NCBI GenBank assembly: GCA_965219685.1
Contig: CBDCOH010000002.1
Coordinates: 64,001 to 128,000, forward strand
From: Candidatus Spongiisociaceae bacterium
Lineage (GTDB): Bacteria > Actinomycetota > Acidimicrobiia > Spongiisociales > Spongiisociaceae
Reading direction: 5' to 3'
Length of the DNA stretch: 64,000 bases
Part shown: in pieces, positions 20,500-30,443 of the stretch
Layout: each line of letters begins with the position of its first letter
How positions within the stretch are numbered: the stretch's first letter is position 1
Translations under genes and position numbers: made by a program
Notes under the pieces: generated by a model
Databases searched by the model: none
Told to the model about the DNA's origin: nothing
What the model saw: the letters and a program-made list of their open reading frames with translations, nothing else

Positions 20500-20859
20500 A
20501 TGAGGGTGGTGGGCATCTACAACGCCGACGGCGGGCTGTCGGGTGAGCTCCGGTATGCCTTCGACAAGGTCACGGGGCGGAGCGACTGCGGTCTATGTGA
20601 CCTGACCCACGGGTGGAACGCCTTCGGCAAGCGGTCGTGGCGCGAAGCCTGCCGGGCGAGTCCTGTCCCCATCGAGTTGATCCACCGGGACGAAGCCACC
20701 GAGTCGCAACTCACCGCAGCCGGGAACCTACCCGCCGTGCTGGTGGGGGAGGAGGGAGACTGGCGACTGGCTGCCGACAGGGTCCTGATCAGTTCCCTAC
20801 GCAAGGATCCGGCCGCCCTCCTGGACCATCTCGAGGAACGGATCAAGATCGACGGCTAG
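20500..20859 (+). CDS. Conserved hypothetical protein (CxxC-containing)
   Basis: MRVVGIYNADGG..GEL.Y...CGLCDLTHG. Confidence 0.75.
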   Translation: MRVVGIYNADGGLSGELRYAFDKVTGRSDCGLCDLTHGWNAFGKRSWREACRASPVPIELIHRDEATESQLTAAGNLPAVLVGEEGDWRLAADRVLISSLRKDPAALLDHLEERIKIDG

Positions 20860-20961
20860 CAAGCGGCCGCATCCCGAACCGAGCGACCGGCGCCGGCGCG
20901 CGGTCGATCACAGGTCCGCCTCGGGCCCCCAGGAGTTTTATACGCCGGATCCGATCCGGCT

Positions 20962-21627
20962 TCAAGCCCCCTGTGCCGGGTCTCCGGATGTCCACTCTCG
21001 GGCCTGTTCGAGCAGTTCGATCACCTCCTGGTCGGGTGTCGGCCGGAAATCGGCGTAGAACAATCCGATGGCGGCGAAACGGCGCGGGGTGGAGGCGGCT
21101 ACGAACTTGTCGGCTGCGTCAGCGAAGAGACCGGGAGCGTCACGGGGCGCCACGGGGGCGGCCATCACGATCCGGGCGGCGCCGAGGCGGCGGGCGATCG
21201 GGCAGGCGGCCAGGGCGGTGGATCCGGTGGCGATCCCGTCATCGACGATCACGGCGGTCCGGCCGTCGAGATCGGCAGCCGGGCGCCCTCGGCGGAACAA
21301 CTCGGCTTGGCGGGCCATCTCCTCGCGTTCCGCGCGCTCGACGCGCTCGACTTGGGCGGCGCTTACCCCCAGGCGCCGTACCCGGCCGGTGTCGAGGATC
21401 CTCACGCCGCCCTCACCGATGGCGCCCATCGCCAGTTCAGGCTGGAACGGTACTCCGAGCTTGCGGACCAGGAGCACCTCCAGCGGCGCGCCCAGGGCCC
21501 TGGCGACTTCGAAGCCCACCGGGACCCCACCCCTCGGGAGGCCCAGCACGACGCAGGACTCGTTCCGGAGGTGGCCGAGCAGCCGGGCCAGCTTGCGCCC
21601 GGCGTGGGACCGGTTCACGAATCGCAT
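20962..21627 (-). CDS. Phosphoribosyltransferase family protein
   Basis: LGLPRGGVPV, RKLG.P..PELA.GA, IVDDGIATG. Confidence 0.9.
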   Translation of the reverse strand: MRFVNRSHAGRKLARLLGHLRNESCVVLGLPRGGVPVGFEVARALGAPLEVLLVRKLGVPFQPELAMGAIGEGGVRILDTGRVRRLGVSAAQVERVERAEREEMARQAELFRRGRPAADLDGRTAVIVDDGIATGSTALAACPIARRLGAARIVMAAPVAPRDAPGLFADAADKFVAASTPRRFAAIGLFYADFRPTPDQEVIELLEQAREWTSGDPAQGA

Positions 21628-21740
21628 CGCCTGCCCTCCCTTCCGGGCCGATTGTGCCAGGTGTCGCAGCCTCCGGGGTGCCACGCGGCGCTCCGTCCGG
21701 CCACATTGAATTGAAGGTGACGAGTGGTTACGGTGGCCGG

Positions 21741-22763
21741 ATGCCTCACCTTCTCATCGCACAAGCACTGGCCGACGCGTGCGGCGCCGACTCCGGAGCC
21801 GTCTGCAGCCTCATCTTCGACCTGACCGGGAGCCCCAACGCAGCCCGTATCGCCGAGTTCGCGGCCCGCCCGATCAAAGCGCTGATAATCCTGGTCGTGG
21901 CGTGGGTCGTCAACCGGATGGTCCGCCGGTGGGTCGATCACATGGTGGAGGGCTGGCTGGAGCGACGCTCCGAGGCGGAGGAGGAAGCGCGCCAGAAGTC
22001 GGAGGAGGCGTCGGACCGGCTGGACGACCTGCGTGAAGCAGCCCTGCGCAGGGCACGGCTCCTCGTCGACCAGCAGGAGAGGAGCGGCCAGCGCACCAGG
22101 ACCCTCGGAGCCGTCCTGCGGTCGATAGCTTCATTCGCTATCTACGGCATTGCGGTCATGATGGCCCTCGCCGAGTTCGACGTGAACCTCGGACCCCTGA
22201 TCGCGGGTGCCGGCATCGTCGGGGTTGCGATCGGCTTCGGTTCCCAGAGCCTGGTCAAGGACTTCCTGTCGGGGGTGTTCATGCTCATCGAGGATCAGTA
22301 CGGGGTCGGCGATGTAGTGGATGTCGGCGACACGGTGGGCGTGGTCGAGGAGGTCAAGCTCCGCAGTACCCAGATCCGGGACATCAACGGGACCCTATGG
22401 CACATACCCAACGGGTCGATCCGGCGCGTTGCCAACATGTCCCAGGATTGGGGTCGCGTGGTGCTGGATGTCGAGGTTGCGTACGACACGGACATCAGCG
22501 CCGCAACAGCCGTTATCAAGAGTGTGGCCGATGGGGTGTGGGAGGAACAGATGCCCAGCGCCACCATCATCGAGGAACCGACGATCCTCGGCGTGCAGAA
22601 CTTCGGGGAGAGTTCCGTTTCCATCAGGCTGATGGCGAAGACGGAACCGGCCGAGCATTGGGCGACCGCGCGGGAACTGCGCGCCCGGCTCAAGGTGGCG
22701 CTCGACGAGGCCGGGATCGACATACCTTTCCCGCAGCGCACCGTGTGGCTCAAATCGAAGTAG
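21741..22763 (+). CDS. MscS-family mechanosensitive channel
   Basis: GIVGVAIGFGSQ.LVKD..SG, GDVV, IPNG, GIDIPFP; ATG 21741. Confidence 0.9.
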   Translation: MPHLLIAQALADACGADSGAVCSLIFDLTGSPNAARIAEFAARPIKALIILVVAWVVNRMVRRWVDHMVEGWLERRSEAEEEARQKSEEASDRLDDLREAALRRARLLVDQQERSGQRTRTLGAVLRSIASFAIYGIAVMMALAEFDVNLGPLIAGAGIVGVAIGFGSQSLVKDFLSGVFMLIEDQYGVGDVVDVGDTVGVVEEVKLRSTQIRDINGTLWHIPNGSIRRVANMSQDWGRVVLDVEVAYDTDISAATAVIKSVADGVWEEQMPSATIIEEPTILGVQNFGESSVSIRLMAKTEPAEHWATARELRARLKVALDEAGIDIPFPQRTVWLKSK

Positions 22764-22860
22764 CCCAGCCGCGAGTGGCATTCCGGAACGGCAGATGGCG
22801 GCGGATCGGGGTAAGGTTCCGTTTCGTAGGGGCCGGGTCCCGGCATCGTAGAGGGGTGGA

Positions 22861-23715
22861 ATGAAACGAGTTCTGGCGGCGGTCGACCTGGGTCCGCTGT
22901 CACGGCGTGTCGCTGATCGGGCGCGGCTACTGGCGGAGGATCACGGGGCCGAGCTACGCCTCGTGCACGTCTGGGAACCGCCCGAGGTGCAGCTTCCCGA
23001 GGAGATGCTCGAGCGCGTCTACCTCTACCACCAGAGCCAGGCTGAAGACCTGCTGACCTGGATCAATGCCCGTGCCCGTTGCCCGGTGGAACTGGACATA
23101 CGTACCGGCAACATGGCCTACGACCTCACCAGGATGTCCCACGGTGCCGACCTGGTCGTGACCGGGACCTCGTCGGTCGACCAGACCCGGATCGGCCCCC
23201 GGACCACCAGGTTGGCCCGCAAGGTTCACTCATCGGTCTTGAGCGTGCGGAGAAGGTTGTGCACCCCCTACCGGCGGGCATTGGCGGCCGTCGATCTGTC
23301 CGATGCCAGCGCATCGGCGGTCGATCTGGCTCTGACCTTGACCAACGAGGCTGAGCCCGTGACCGCGGTCGCTTCCCTGCCCTCCCATGATGAGATGATC
23401 CTCTCGGATGCCGGCGTCCAGCCGGAGCAACTCGACGGGGTGAGGCGGCAGCGGCTCTCGATGCTCGAGGAGCGACTGGAGAAGTTCGTCGCGGGATGGG
23501 GAGGCCTGGTCACGTCACGGGTGCTCGACGGACCGCCGGCCGAGACCGTGGCCGAGTTCGCCCGCCGCCGGAATGCCGACCTGGTCGTGGTAGCCAGCCG
23601 CGGCGCCGGCAATTCCAACATGGTCCTGCTCGGGAGCATCGCCGAAGCCACGATGTCCACCGTTCCCTGCGACGTGGCGGTAGCCCGGGTACCGGGCCGC
23701 TTCCGCCGACCGTGA
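22861..23715 (+). CDS. Universal stress protein (tandem USP)
   Basis: Two USP repeats; ADLVVVASRG...LLGS. Confidence 0.9.
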   Translation: MKRVLAAVDLGPLSRRVADRARLLAEDHGAELRLVHVWEPPEVQLPEEMLERVYLYHQSQAEDLLTWINARARCPVELDIRTGNMAYDLTRMSHGADLVVTGTSSVDQTRIGPRTTRLARKVHSSVLSVRRRLCTPYRRALAAVDLSDASASAVDLALTLTNEAEPVTAVASLPSHDEMILSDAGVQPEQLDGVRRQRLSMLEERLEKFVAGWGGLVTSRVLDGPPAETVAEFARRRNADLVVVASRGAGNSNMVLLGSIAEATMSTVPCDVAVARVPGRFRRP

Positions 23716-23794
23716 ATGGTGAGTGGTGAGTGGTGAGTGGTGAGTGGTGAATGGTGGTAGATAATCACGCCTAACGCCTAACGCCTAACAGCTA
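23712..23794. repeat. Two facing heptamer arrays: (GTGARTG)6 and (ACGCCTA)3+ACAGCTA
   Basis: 23712-23753 overlaps the USP stop; 23767-23794 overlaps the stop of the convergent methyltransferase. Confidence 0.9.
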
Positions 23795-24593
23795 ACACCT
23801 CGCCGTGGAGGAAGGCCCAAAAGGCGTCCGGCTGGTCGGTCCAGCGCCGGAAAGCGGCCGAAATCTCTGCTAGTTCGGCCCGCGTAGCAAGTCCGTTCCT
23901 GGTCGCATGGTCGGCGAAGTCACTGTCGACGACTCTCACTTCCCACAGGCCTCCCCAGGCCACGCGTTCCTCGACCGTGGCATAGGTCGTGGTCCTCGTG
24001 GTCACTATCGGATCCTTGAATCCCGCCCTGAGCACCCATGAGAGCACAAAGCGCCCCGCATCGGCTTCGCCCCCGTTGGCAGCGGTGACCTTGTGGTAGA
24101 GGTTTAACCAGTGATTGAGGATCGGATCGGTGGGAGCGTGCACCATCGTGCCGTAGTCGGCGTCCCGGACCGCAAGAAGTCCTCCGGACTTGAGCACCCG
24201 GCGGGCTTCCCGCAAGGCCCGGACCGGGTTGGCCAGGTGCTGGAGCAACTGGTGGGCGTAGACCACGTCGAAGTAGCCGTCACTCCAGGGAAGGTCGTAA
24301 GCAGAGCCCAGCACGAATGCCGCATTGTCGATCCCCTGATCCTTCACCAGGCGACGGCTTCGCTCGACCATCTTCTCCGAGGCGTCCAAGCCGATCACCC
24401 GCCCCACCCGGCGGGCCAGGCCGGCAGTGATCGTCCCGGGCCCCGATCCCATGTCGAGCACTACTGCGTCGGAGGGCAGGTGGGGGAGCAGGAAGGCTGC
24501 GCACTCCTCGGCCGTGCGCAGGGCATAGCTGCCGACTATGGCCTGGTGGTACCCGTGCGTGTAGCGCTCGCCCTCCGGCCGCTCGGTAGTCAT
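23778..24593 (-). CDS. Class I SAM-dependent methyltransferase (UbiE-like)
   Basis: VLDMGSGPG, FDVVYAHQLLQH, RVLKSGG. Confidence 0.9.
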   Translation of the reverse strand: MTTERPEGERYTHGYHQAIVGSYALRTAEECAAFLLPHLPSDAVVLDMGSGPGTITAGLARRVGRVIGLDASEKMVERSRRLVKDQGIDNAAFVLGSAYDLPWSDGYFDVVYAHQLLQHLANPVRALREARRVLKSGGLLAVRDADYGTMVHAPTDPILNHWLNLYHKVTAANGGEADAGRFVLSWVLRAGFKDPIVTTRTTTYATVEERVAWGGLWEVRVVDSDFADHATRNGLATRAELAEISAAFRRWTDQPDAFWAFLHGEVLAVRR

Positions 24594-25159
24594 CGCCCGT
24601 GCCTACCCGCGCCGTCCGGCTGTTCCCCGCCGCCAGGACGGTGACCCAGCCGTTTCAGGCGAGCCACGTCGGCGAATAACTTGGGCAGGAGCACCCGCGG
24701 GACGCGGTGTCCATGGACGATCACCGCTGCCGCGATCCCGGCGAGCATGATCATGAGTCCCACCTCGGTCTCGTAGGCCAGTGTTCTCAGGAACCAGCCG
24801 TATGCGATTCCTTGCAGGAGCATTCCCGATGCAGCACTCCGGGCGAAGAGGAGCAACCCGGCGAACGCGAACTCGGCCACGAGCCAGGCCGCCGGCGTGT
24901 AGCCACCCGCAACGAGACCTACGATCAGGCCGAGCCCGACCATGGCGTCGATCGGGGCGTCCCAGGTTCCCAAGCGGGTCATTCCCGGTGCGCGGCGGGC
25001 GAGAATGCCGTCGAAGGTGTCCGTGGCCCACCCGAACACCAGCATGGCCGCCGCCAGCCCCAGCCGGCCGGCGGCCAGGACAAAGATCAGTGACACAGCT
25101 ACCGCTAGCCGCACCAGTGTCAGCGTGTCCGCGGCGCGAGCAACTGCGAGCATCGCCAT
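24590..25159 (-). CDS. CDP-alcohol phosphatidyltransferase family protein
   Basis: TDTFDGILARR...G..D...D signature. Confidence 0.85.
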   Translation of the reverse strand: MAMLAVARAADTLTLVRLAVAVSLIFVLAAGRLGLAAAMLVFGWATDTFDGILARRAPGMTRLGTWDAPIDAMVGLGLIVGLVAGGYTPAAWLVAEFAFAGLLLFARSAASGMLLQGIAYGWFLRTLAYETEVGLMIMLAGIAAAVIVHGHRVPRVLLPKLFADVARLKRLGHRPGGGEQPDGAGRHGR

Positions 25160-25238
25160 CCTCCGCCTCCGGATACCGTCTCGCTTACCGTGGATTCAAT
25201 TATCCTATAGATCCACCCGCCGGCATAACCGCCGGTAC

Positions 25239-25312
25239 GGGCCCGTAGCTCAAGTGGTCAGAGCAGCGGACTCATAATCCGTTGGTTGCAGGTTCGAGTC
25301 CTGCCGGGCCCA
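25239..25312 (+). tRNA. tRNA with CAT anticodon (probably Ile2, lysidine-modified; Met not excluded)
   Basis: Acceptor GGGCCCG/CGGGCCC, D-arm TAGCTCAAGTGGTCAGAGC, anticodon arm GCGGA-CTCATAA-TCCGT, T-loop GGTTCGAGTCC. Confidence 0.95.
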
Positions 25313-25359
25313 CAACGTTTCTGTTGGTTGCGTGCTGTTTCGGAACCAAGCGCAGGGCT

Positions 25360-25866
25360 GGGTGCGGGCGGATCTGTGTACGAAACAGCGGCACGGGCCA
25401 ACGAGATCCTGGCTCTTAACGTCGAGGACCTCGACCTTGCAGCGCGTGGGGCTGTGGTCAGGGGAAAGGGCGGCGATCGCCAAGAAGTGGTGTGGGCGTC
25501 GGGAACCGCCCGCCTCCTACCCCGCTATCTGGGCGGCCGCGGTCGGGGGCCGGTGTTTGTCACCCTCCGCCGACCCAACATCGCACCCGCCCTGGCCGAC
25601 TTGTGTCCGGACACGGGCCGGGGGCGGCTGTCGTATCAGCAGGCTTGGAAACTGTTCAACCGGTCCTCAGGCTGGACTTTGCACCAGTTGCGCCACTCAG
25701 CCCTCACGCACCTCGGCGAGGCGGGGGTGGGGCACCCCTGTTGAAAGCGAAGAGTCGGCATCGGAGCCTGCGCAGCCTGGACCGGTACGTGAGGCCGGGA
25801 GTGGAGGCGGTAGGAGCCCTGACCGCCGGACACGACCCTGGGCGGCGCTACTCGGAGCAGGGTTGA
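25360..25866 (+). pseudogene. Tyrosine recombinase/integrase remnant (N-truncated, frameshift ~25730)
   Basis: YETAARANEILAL (R), HQLRHS (HxxR), then in another frame SRH...RY. Confidence 0.85.
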
Positions 25867-26072
25867 GAGCAGGCGGGTTGCTTACCACGAGGGTTAGCCG
25901 CCGGTTCGGCTAGGTGGCAGCCGGATGCAGACGACGGACCGCCGTGTTGGAACCCTAGAGCACGCCGACGTTCCTATTCTTCCGGCACGAAGGAGCGCTG
26001 TGAATCTAACCCGCTGTACTGTGTGAAGTCTGTTCACTTGGATCCTGAACTGGATGTTGGTAGGTAAACGCC

Positions 26073-26642
26073 ATGACACGAAGTCACAGAACCCAGAAGA
26101 TAGATATTCACACACGGAAGGTTCGGGGTCCTTTCCGCCGTTTGTACGGCGTGCCCGAGCGACGAATCCCCCGGGAGAAGCATGTTCCGGCTGGCCGGTC
26201 ACTCCACTTAGTCGACATCGAGAACCTGATGGGCGGACCGCGGGCCGGGCCGGCGGCGCTGCTGAGGGCGGTGTCCGATTACAAGGAGGCCGCGCCGGTG
26301 GCTGTCGGTGACCATGTCGTCGTAGGAACGAACCCCAAGCTTGGTGTCCTTGCTCACGCTTCCTGGCCGTCAGCGCGGCTGGTCGTCAGGGGTGGCCCCA
26401 ACGGCGCCGACATCGCGCTTCTCGCAGAGGTGAAGAACGAGCACTGGATCGCTGCCCGGTACGACCGGATCGTTGTCGGCTCAGGTGACGGCGTTTTCGC
26501 GGCGGTAGCCACGACGTTCAGGCGCCATGGTCTGGCTGTAGGCGTGGTCTCCCGTGAGCAGAGCCTGTCGTATGTGCTCAGCCGGGCCGCCACGTTTGTC
26601 CGGATCCTTCCTGATCATGCCCCAACAAAGGAGGCCGCATGA
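26073..26642 (+). CDS. NYN/LabA-like PIN-fold nuclease
   Basis: HLVDIENL, GADIAL, VGSGDG.F; ATGA-coupled to the next gene. Confidence 0.8.
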   Translation: MTRSHRTQKIDIHTRKVRGPFRRLYGVPERRIPREKHVPAGRSLHLVDIENLMGGPRAGPAALLRAVSDYKEAAPVAVGDHVVVGTNPKLGVLAHASWPSARLVVRGGPNGADIALLAEVKNEHWIAARYDRIVVGSGDGVFAAVATTFRRHGLAVGVVSREQSLSYVLSRAATFVRILPDHAPTKEAA

Positions 26643-28840
26643 TGGCCCAAGACCCGACTGTGTCAACTCGGATCCTGGTTACCGTCGGCGAGATCGCCAA
26701 CATTGCCGGGGTCAGACCGTCCGCGGTGTCGAACTGGAAGCGTCGCCACGCAAACTTCCCCGTGGAGATCGAGGAAGGCCTCTACGACCGATCTGAAGTG
26801 GTCGCTTGGCTTGAGAGGGCTGGGAAGAACGTAAACCTCCCGGACCAAGACCCGGTCAAATCGTTGCTCCGGGAGGCAACGGACGCGGTACGCGGTGTCT
26901 TGCGCGTCGACGAGATACCCGAAGTACTACTTCAGTTGTTCTCAGTACGCGCAGCCGCATCGGGCGGGTTCGAGCGCCTTCTTCCGCTAGCGGGCGCATG
27001 GGAGAGACTTGAGAGCGCAGCCGCAGACGATCCCGGCTCGGTATATCGGTCCATCGTTGAGTCTCTCGATGTTTCGGATCCGGAACTCGCTAAGGCGCTG
27101 CGGCCCTCCCCCGTCGTTGACCGCTTCGAGCCCTCCCACTGGGCACGACTGGTCCGCGCTCTGGGCCAACGTGACCCGCATTCGACTAACTGGGCTCACG
27201 CCTCGACCGGTCTTGTAGAGAGGTTCGTCGAACGGGCTAGCGCGAGGGGCGGTCACCACTCGAGCGGGTCGAGCCTTGTCGACATCATGGCAGCCTTGCT
27301 CGAACCCATCGAGGGAACCGTTTACGACCCGGCATGCGGAACAGCAGTGTTCCTCGCGTCGGTATGGAAGGACCACTCCGACACGATCACCCACCTGTAC
27401 GGTCAGGAGATCAACCAACAGAGTTGGAGGCTCGGGTTCCTCCACCTTCTGCTCCAAGACGCACCCTTTGAGATCCTGACCGGTGACACCATGGTGGATG
27501 ACCGGTTCTGGCAGCTCCGATCCGACCGCGTCGCGGTAGAACCACCGTTCGGTCACCGTCTCCGCTCAATCGAGCAGATGGAGGGCGACCCTAGATGGTC
27601 TCTGGGTCTCCCCCCGAAGCCCCGCGCGGACCTAGCGTGGGTCCAACACGTTGCCTATCACTTGTCCGACTCCGGTGTAGGTGTAGTCATCGTCCCACCC
27701 GGCGCGCTGCTCCGTACCGGCCGATCCGAAGTCACAATCAGAAAAGGACTCGTCGAAGCCGACCACCTGGACGCGGTTCTGTACCTGCCGCCCGGTATGC
27801 TGGCAGCCACCTCGGTTCCGGCTGCGGTCCTCGTGCTCCAAAAACACCGGAAGAACCGGACGGGGCGTGTCCTCTTCCTAGACGCTCGCCAACTCGGCAA
27901 ACCCGAACGAGGGGGAGTCCGTAGATTCGAACCCGCCGAAATCGGCCGGATCGGCCAGACCCTCCAGCGGTGGCGTGACGGATCGTTGGAACCGGAAACC
28001 CGGTTCACCGCCGAAGCCACCACCGGCCAGATACTCGCCAACAACAGTGTGCTCACCCCCAATCTCTATATCTCATACGCGGAGACAGTCAAAGAAATAG
28101 ACGGCGAACCGATCCCCTCCCGGCACGAGCGCCTCACCCACACGGTCAAGGACCGGCTAGCGGCCCTCCCCAGGATCGAAGCCGCTACTCAACGGCAACT
28201 CTCGTCGATATACACCTTCAAGGACCCAGGTTTCGCGTACCGGCGTCTAGGAGAACTACTCGACGCTGAGCCGTTGCCCGGGACCAGGCAGCGGCAAGAC
28301 GGCGAAGGTGACCCCACCCCATACGTCACGACTGGAATGGTCACCCACAACGGGCCCGTACTCCGCGATCTCCCCACGGACCGAACGTTTGGTGAAGTCA
28401 GCGACCGGGTTGCCCGAAACGGCGACGTGCTCCTGATGACACGTGGTATAGAGCGATACACATCGGTGCCGTGTGCCACCGTCAAATTCGATGTACCTGC
28501 CGCGTTCTCCAACTCGCTCATCCGGCTCCGAGTCGACCAAAGCCGCCTGGACCCCGACTATCTGCGCATGTACCTGACATCAAGACGCGGGAGCGCAGCT
28601 CTCATCGCGGCCGCAACCGGCAGTGTCATCAGCAACCTACGACGAGACGCCCTCCAAGAAGTGGAAATCCACCTGCCAGACATCGCAACACAAAAGGCCG
28701 TAGCCGCCGGAATAGCAGCCATCGAAACCCACATGGCCAAAGTAGAAGACGCACTCACAGCCCTGAGCGACCTCCACGACACGACACGCGAAGGCCTCAT
28801 AGCCGGCATCCTCGGAATAGGAAACCGCCATGCACCGTAG
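26639..28840 (+). CDS. N-terminal HTH + N-6 DNA methylase (HsdM-like) + C-terminal HsdS-like TRD fusion
   Basis: EIANIAGVRPSAVSNWKRRH HTH; YDPACGTA motif I; motif IV reads EPPF; C-terminal GDVL...LDPDYL...IHLPD..TQ. Confidence 0.85.
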   Translation: MMAQDPTVSTRILVTVGEIANIAGVRPSAVSNWKRRHANFPVEIEEGLYDRSEVVAWLERAGKNVNLPDQDPVKSLLREATDAVRGVLRVDEIPEVLLQLFSVRAAASGGFERLLPLAGAWERLESAAADDPGSVYRSIVESLDVSDPELAKALRPSPVVDRFEPSHWARLVRALGQRDPHSTNWAHASTGLVERFVERASARGGHHSSGSSLVDIMAALLEPIEGTVYDPACGTAVFLASVWKDHSDTITHLYGQEINQQSWRLGFLHLLLQDAPFEILTGDTMVDDRFWQLRSDRVAVEPPFGHRLRSIEQMEGDPRWSLGLPPKPRADLAWVQHVAYHLSDSGVGVVIVPPGALLRTGRSEVTIRKGLVEADHLDAVLYLPPGMLAATSVPAAVLVLQKHRKNRTGRVLFLDARQLGKPERGGVRRFEPAEIGRIGQTLQRWRDGSLEPETRFTAEATTGQILANNSVLTPNLYISYAETVKEIDGEPIPSRHERLTHTVKDRLAALPRIEAATQRQLSSIYTFKDPGFAYRRLGELLDAEPLPGTRQRQDGEGDPTPYVTTGMVTHNGPVLRDLPTDRTFGEVSDRVARNGDVLLMTRGIERYTSVPCATVKFDVPAAFSNSLIRLRVDQSRLDPDYLRMYLTSRRGSAALIAAATGSVISNLRRDALQEVEIHLPDIATQKAVAAGIAAIETHMAKVEDALTALSDLHDTTREGLIAGILGIGNRHAP

Positions 28841-28963
28841 AACACCGGGCCTACCCCCGACGGCCAGGCCACCCCAAGCCGGCTCCGTCAGCGCCCACAG
28901 GATTCACCTACCACCCCCGCTACACCCCCCAAGGTGTTTCCTACACGGATTGGGCCACCAGCG

Positions 28964-29608
28964 ATGACAACTGAGTTGATCGCGTTCCTCGACGAATCCC
29001 GCAAGCCGACACGAAACCCCGCAACCGGACGAGTGGATAGCCGCGGACTCAGACACTACGTTGTTGCCGCGGCGGCGGTCATCGATGGAGACATCCCCGA
29101 CATTCGTCGCCAACTCCGCCGGATCGAGGACAGGCTCGGCTACCCGCTGCACTATCGGAACCTGAGCACAGCTCGCCGGGTACAGACCCTCGAAGCGATA
29201 GACCACATCGACGGATGGGACGGCTACCTGTACGAGACGGCCCGAGCTCTACCCGACGCCAACTACAACGAACACCATGTCCGGGCCAAACTAGTTGCCG
29301 AAGCCCTGACCCACCTGAGTTCCCAAGGCGTCGTGGAAGCAGTACTCGAGACGCGAGCAGGTACCAACTGGCGGTTTCTCCCTCTTGACGACAAGGATCA
29401 CGATGTGGTGCGCCGCCTTCAGCAGCAGGAAACCATCCCCGACAGTTTCCGGATCCACCATGGCGACAAAACCGAGGCCATCCTGCAGATAGCGGACCTA
29501 CTCGCCGGGGCACGCTCCGACTGGCTCTGTGGCGTCAACCGAGAAAACTATGCCCGGATCGGCCACCGCGTCCACACGACACGCGCCGTCTTCGACAAAC
29601 GGCCCTAA
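28964..29608 (+). CDS. DUF3800-like (RNase H-fold) protein
   Basis: N-terminal AFLDES and C-terminal LQIADLLAG signatures. Confidence 0.65.
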   Translation: MTTELIAFLDESRKPTRNPATGRVDSRGLRHYVVAAAAVIDGDIPDIRRQLRRIEDRLGYPLHYRNLSTARRVQTLEAIDHIDGWDGYLYETARALPDANYNEHHVRAKLVAEALTHLSSQGVVEAVLETRAGTNWRFLPLDDKDHDVVRRLQQQETIPDSFRIHHGDKTEAILQIADLLAGARSDWLCGVNRENYARIGHRVHTTRAVFDKRP

Positions 29609-29700
29609 ACGCGCAGAGGCCCCGGGACTGCGATCCGCAGCCGCTTCCGGGGCGTACTTCCAGTGAGGGCCCCGAAGCTGCATCAGCGGGTTCAGGGATA
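29609..29700 (+). ncRNA. Candidate structured RNA downstream of DUF3800-like gene
   Basis: Nested stems GCCCCGG(29619-25)/CCGGGGC(29647-53) enclosing CTGCG/CGCAG, followed by GTACTTCCAGT with no U-tract. Confidence 0.4.
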
Positions 29701-30443
29701 AGTCACCGGCCGCTTCCATCATCGCAGATCGGACAGAAAACGCAAACGATACGGCATGCTTGACAGTCCTTACCTCCAGAACCCGCCCATGGAGCCCTCT
29801 TCAGGCCAAAACGGTCAGGACCTCGCCCCCTCCCGACTCGTCAAAGAGAAGAACCGCCTCGAACCACCCGCAACGGCCGTCGACCTCCCGATTCGGAGCC
29901 CTGGCAGTTGTTGGCCTGCCTGAGCGCGGGCAGTATCCTGGCGGATCATCGGCGACAGAACGGACGGGCTCACACCGGCGGCGGCCACCCCGCTGGGTGG
30001 TGTGACCTTGCAGGAAGAGCGTCGGAGATCGCCGCATACCGCCAACAGCGGACATGGCGGAGTTCGGCGGTGAGGGTTCCGCAGATCCTTCGAGGGCCGG
30101 TTCGGCGGGCATAGCCCGACCCTAGCCAGCCCAAGCTAACTCCCATAGCAGCTCGCTGAAGGGACATCGGGCGCGCTCGCCGACAATGTGGGACGTACAG
30201 AGGGACACCGACACGCAGCTGACGCCCGACATAGCCGATTACCTCGCTGTTCACCACCTCGGGCAGCGGACTACCGCTCCGTTGGTTGCAGGTTCGAGTC
30301 CTGCCGGGCCCACCACGGGGTCTTCGCGGGTTAGGTCTGTTCGGGTTCGCGGGTTAGGGCTTGCAGGGGCGGCAGGTGAACTGGTGGTGTACCACGCCCG
30401 GCGGTTGTAAGGGCATCAGCGGTTGTCGGTCGGAAACCGGCTT

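Larger units (their letters stand above)
25278..30313. mobile_element. 5.0-kb genomic island integrated at the tRNA 3' end (attL/attR direct repeat)
   Basis: 36-bp identical repeat TCCGTTGGTTGCAGGTTCGAGTCCTGCCGGGCCCAC at 25278-25313 and 30278-30313; integrase remnant adjacent to the tRNA. Confidence 0.9.

Noticed and set aside
20613-21740. 716-aa extended MscS ORF
   Set aside because: The N-terminal extension is Arg/Pro-rich nonsense overlapping the antisense PRTase; the real start is near 21741.
30263-30315. Second tRNA gene
   Set aside because: Only the 3' half is present; it lacks the acceptor 5' strand and D-arm and has an altered anticodon loop, so it is the att duplicate.
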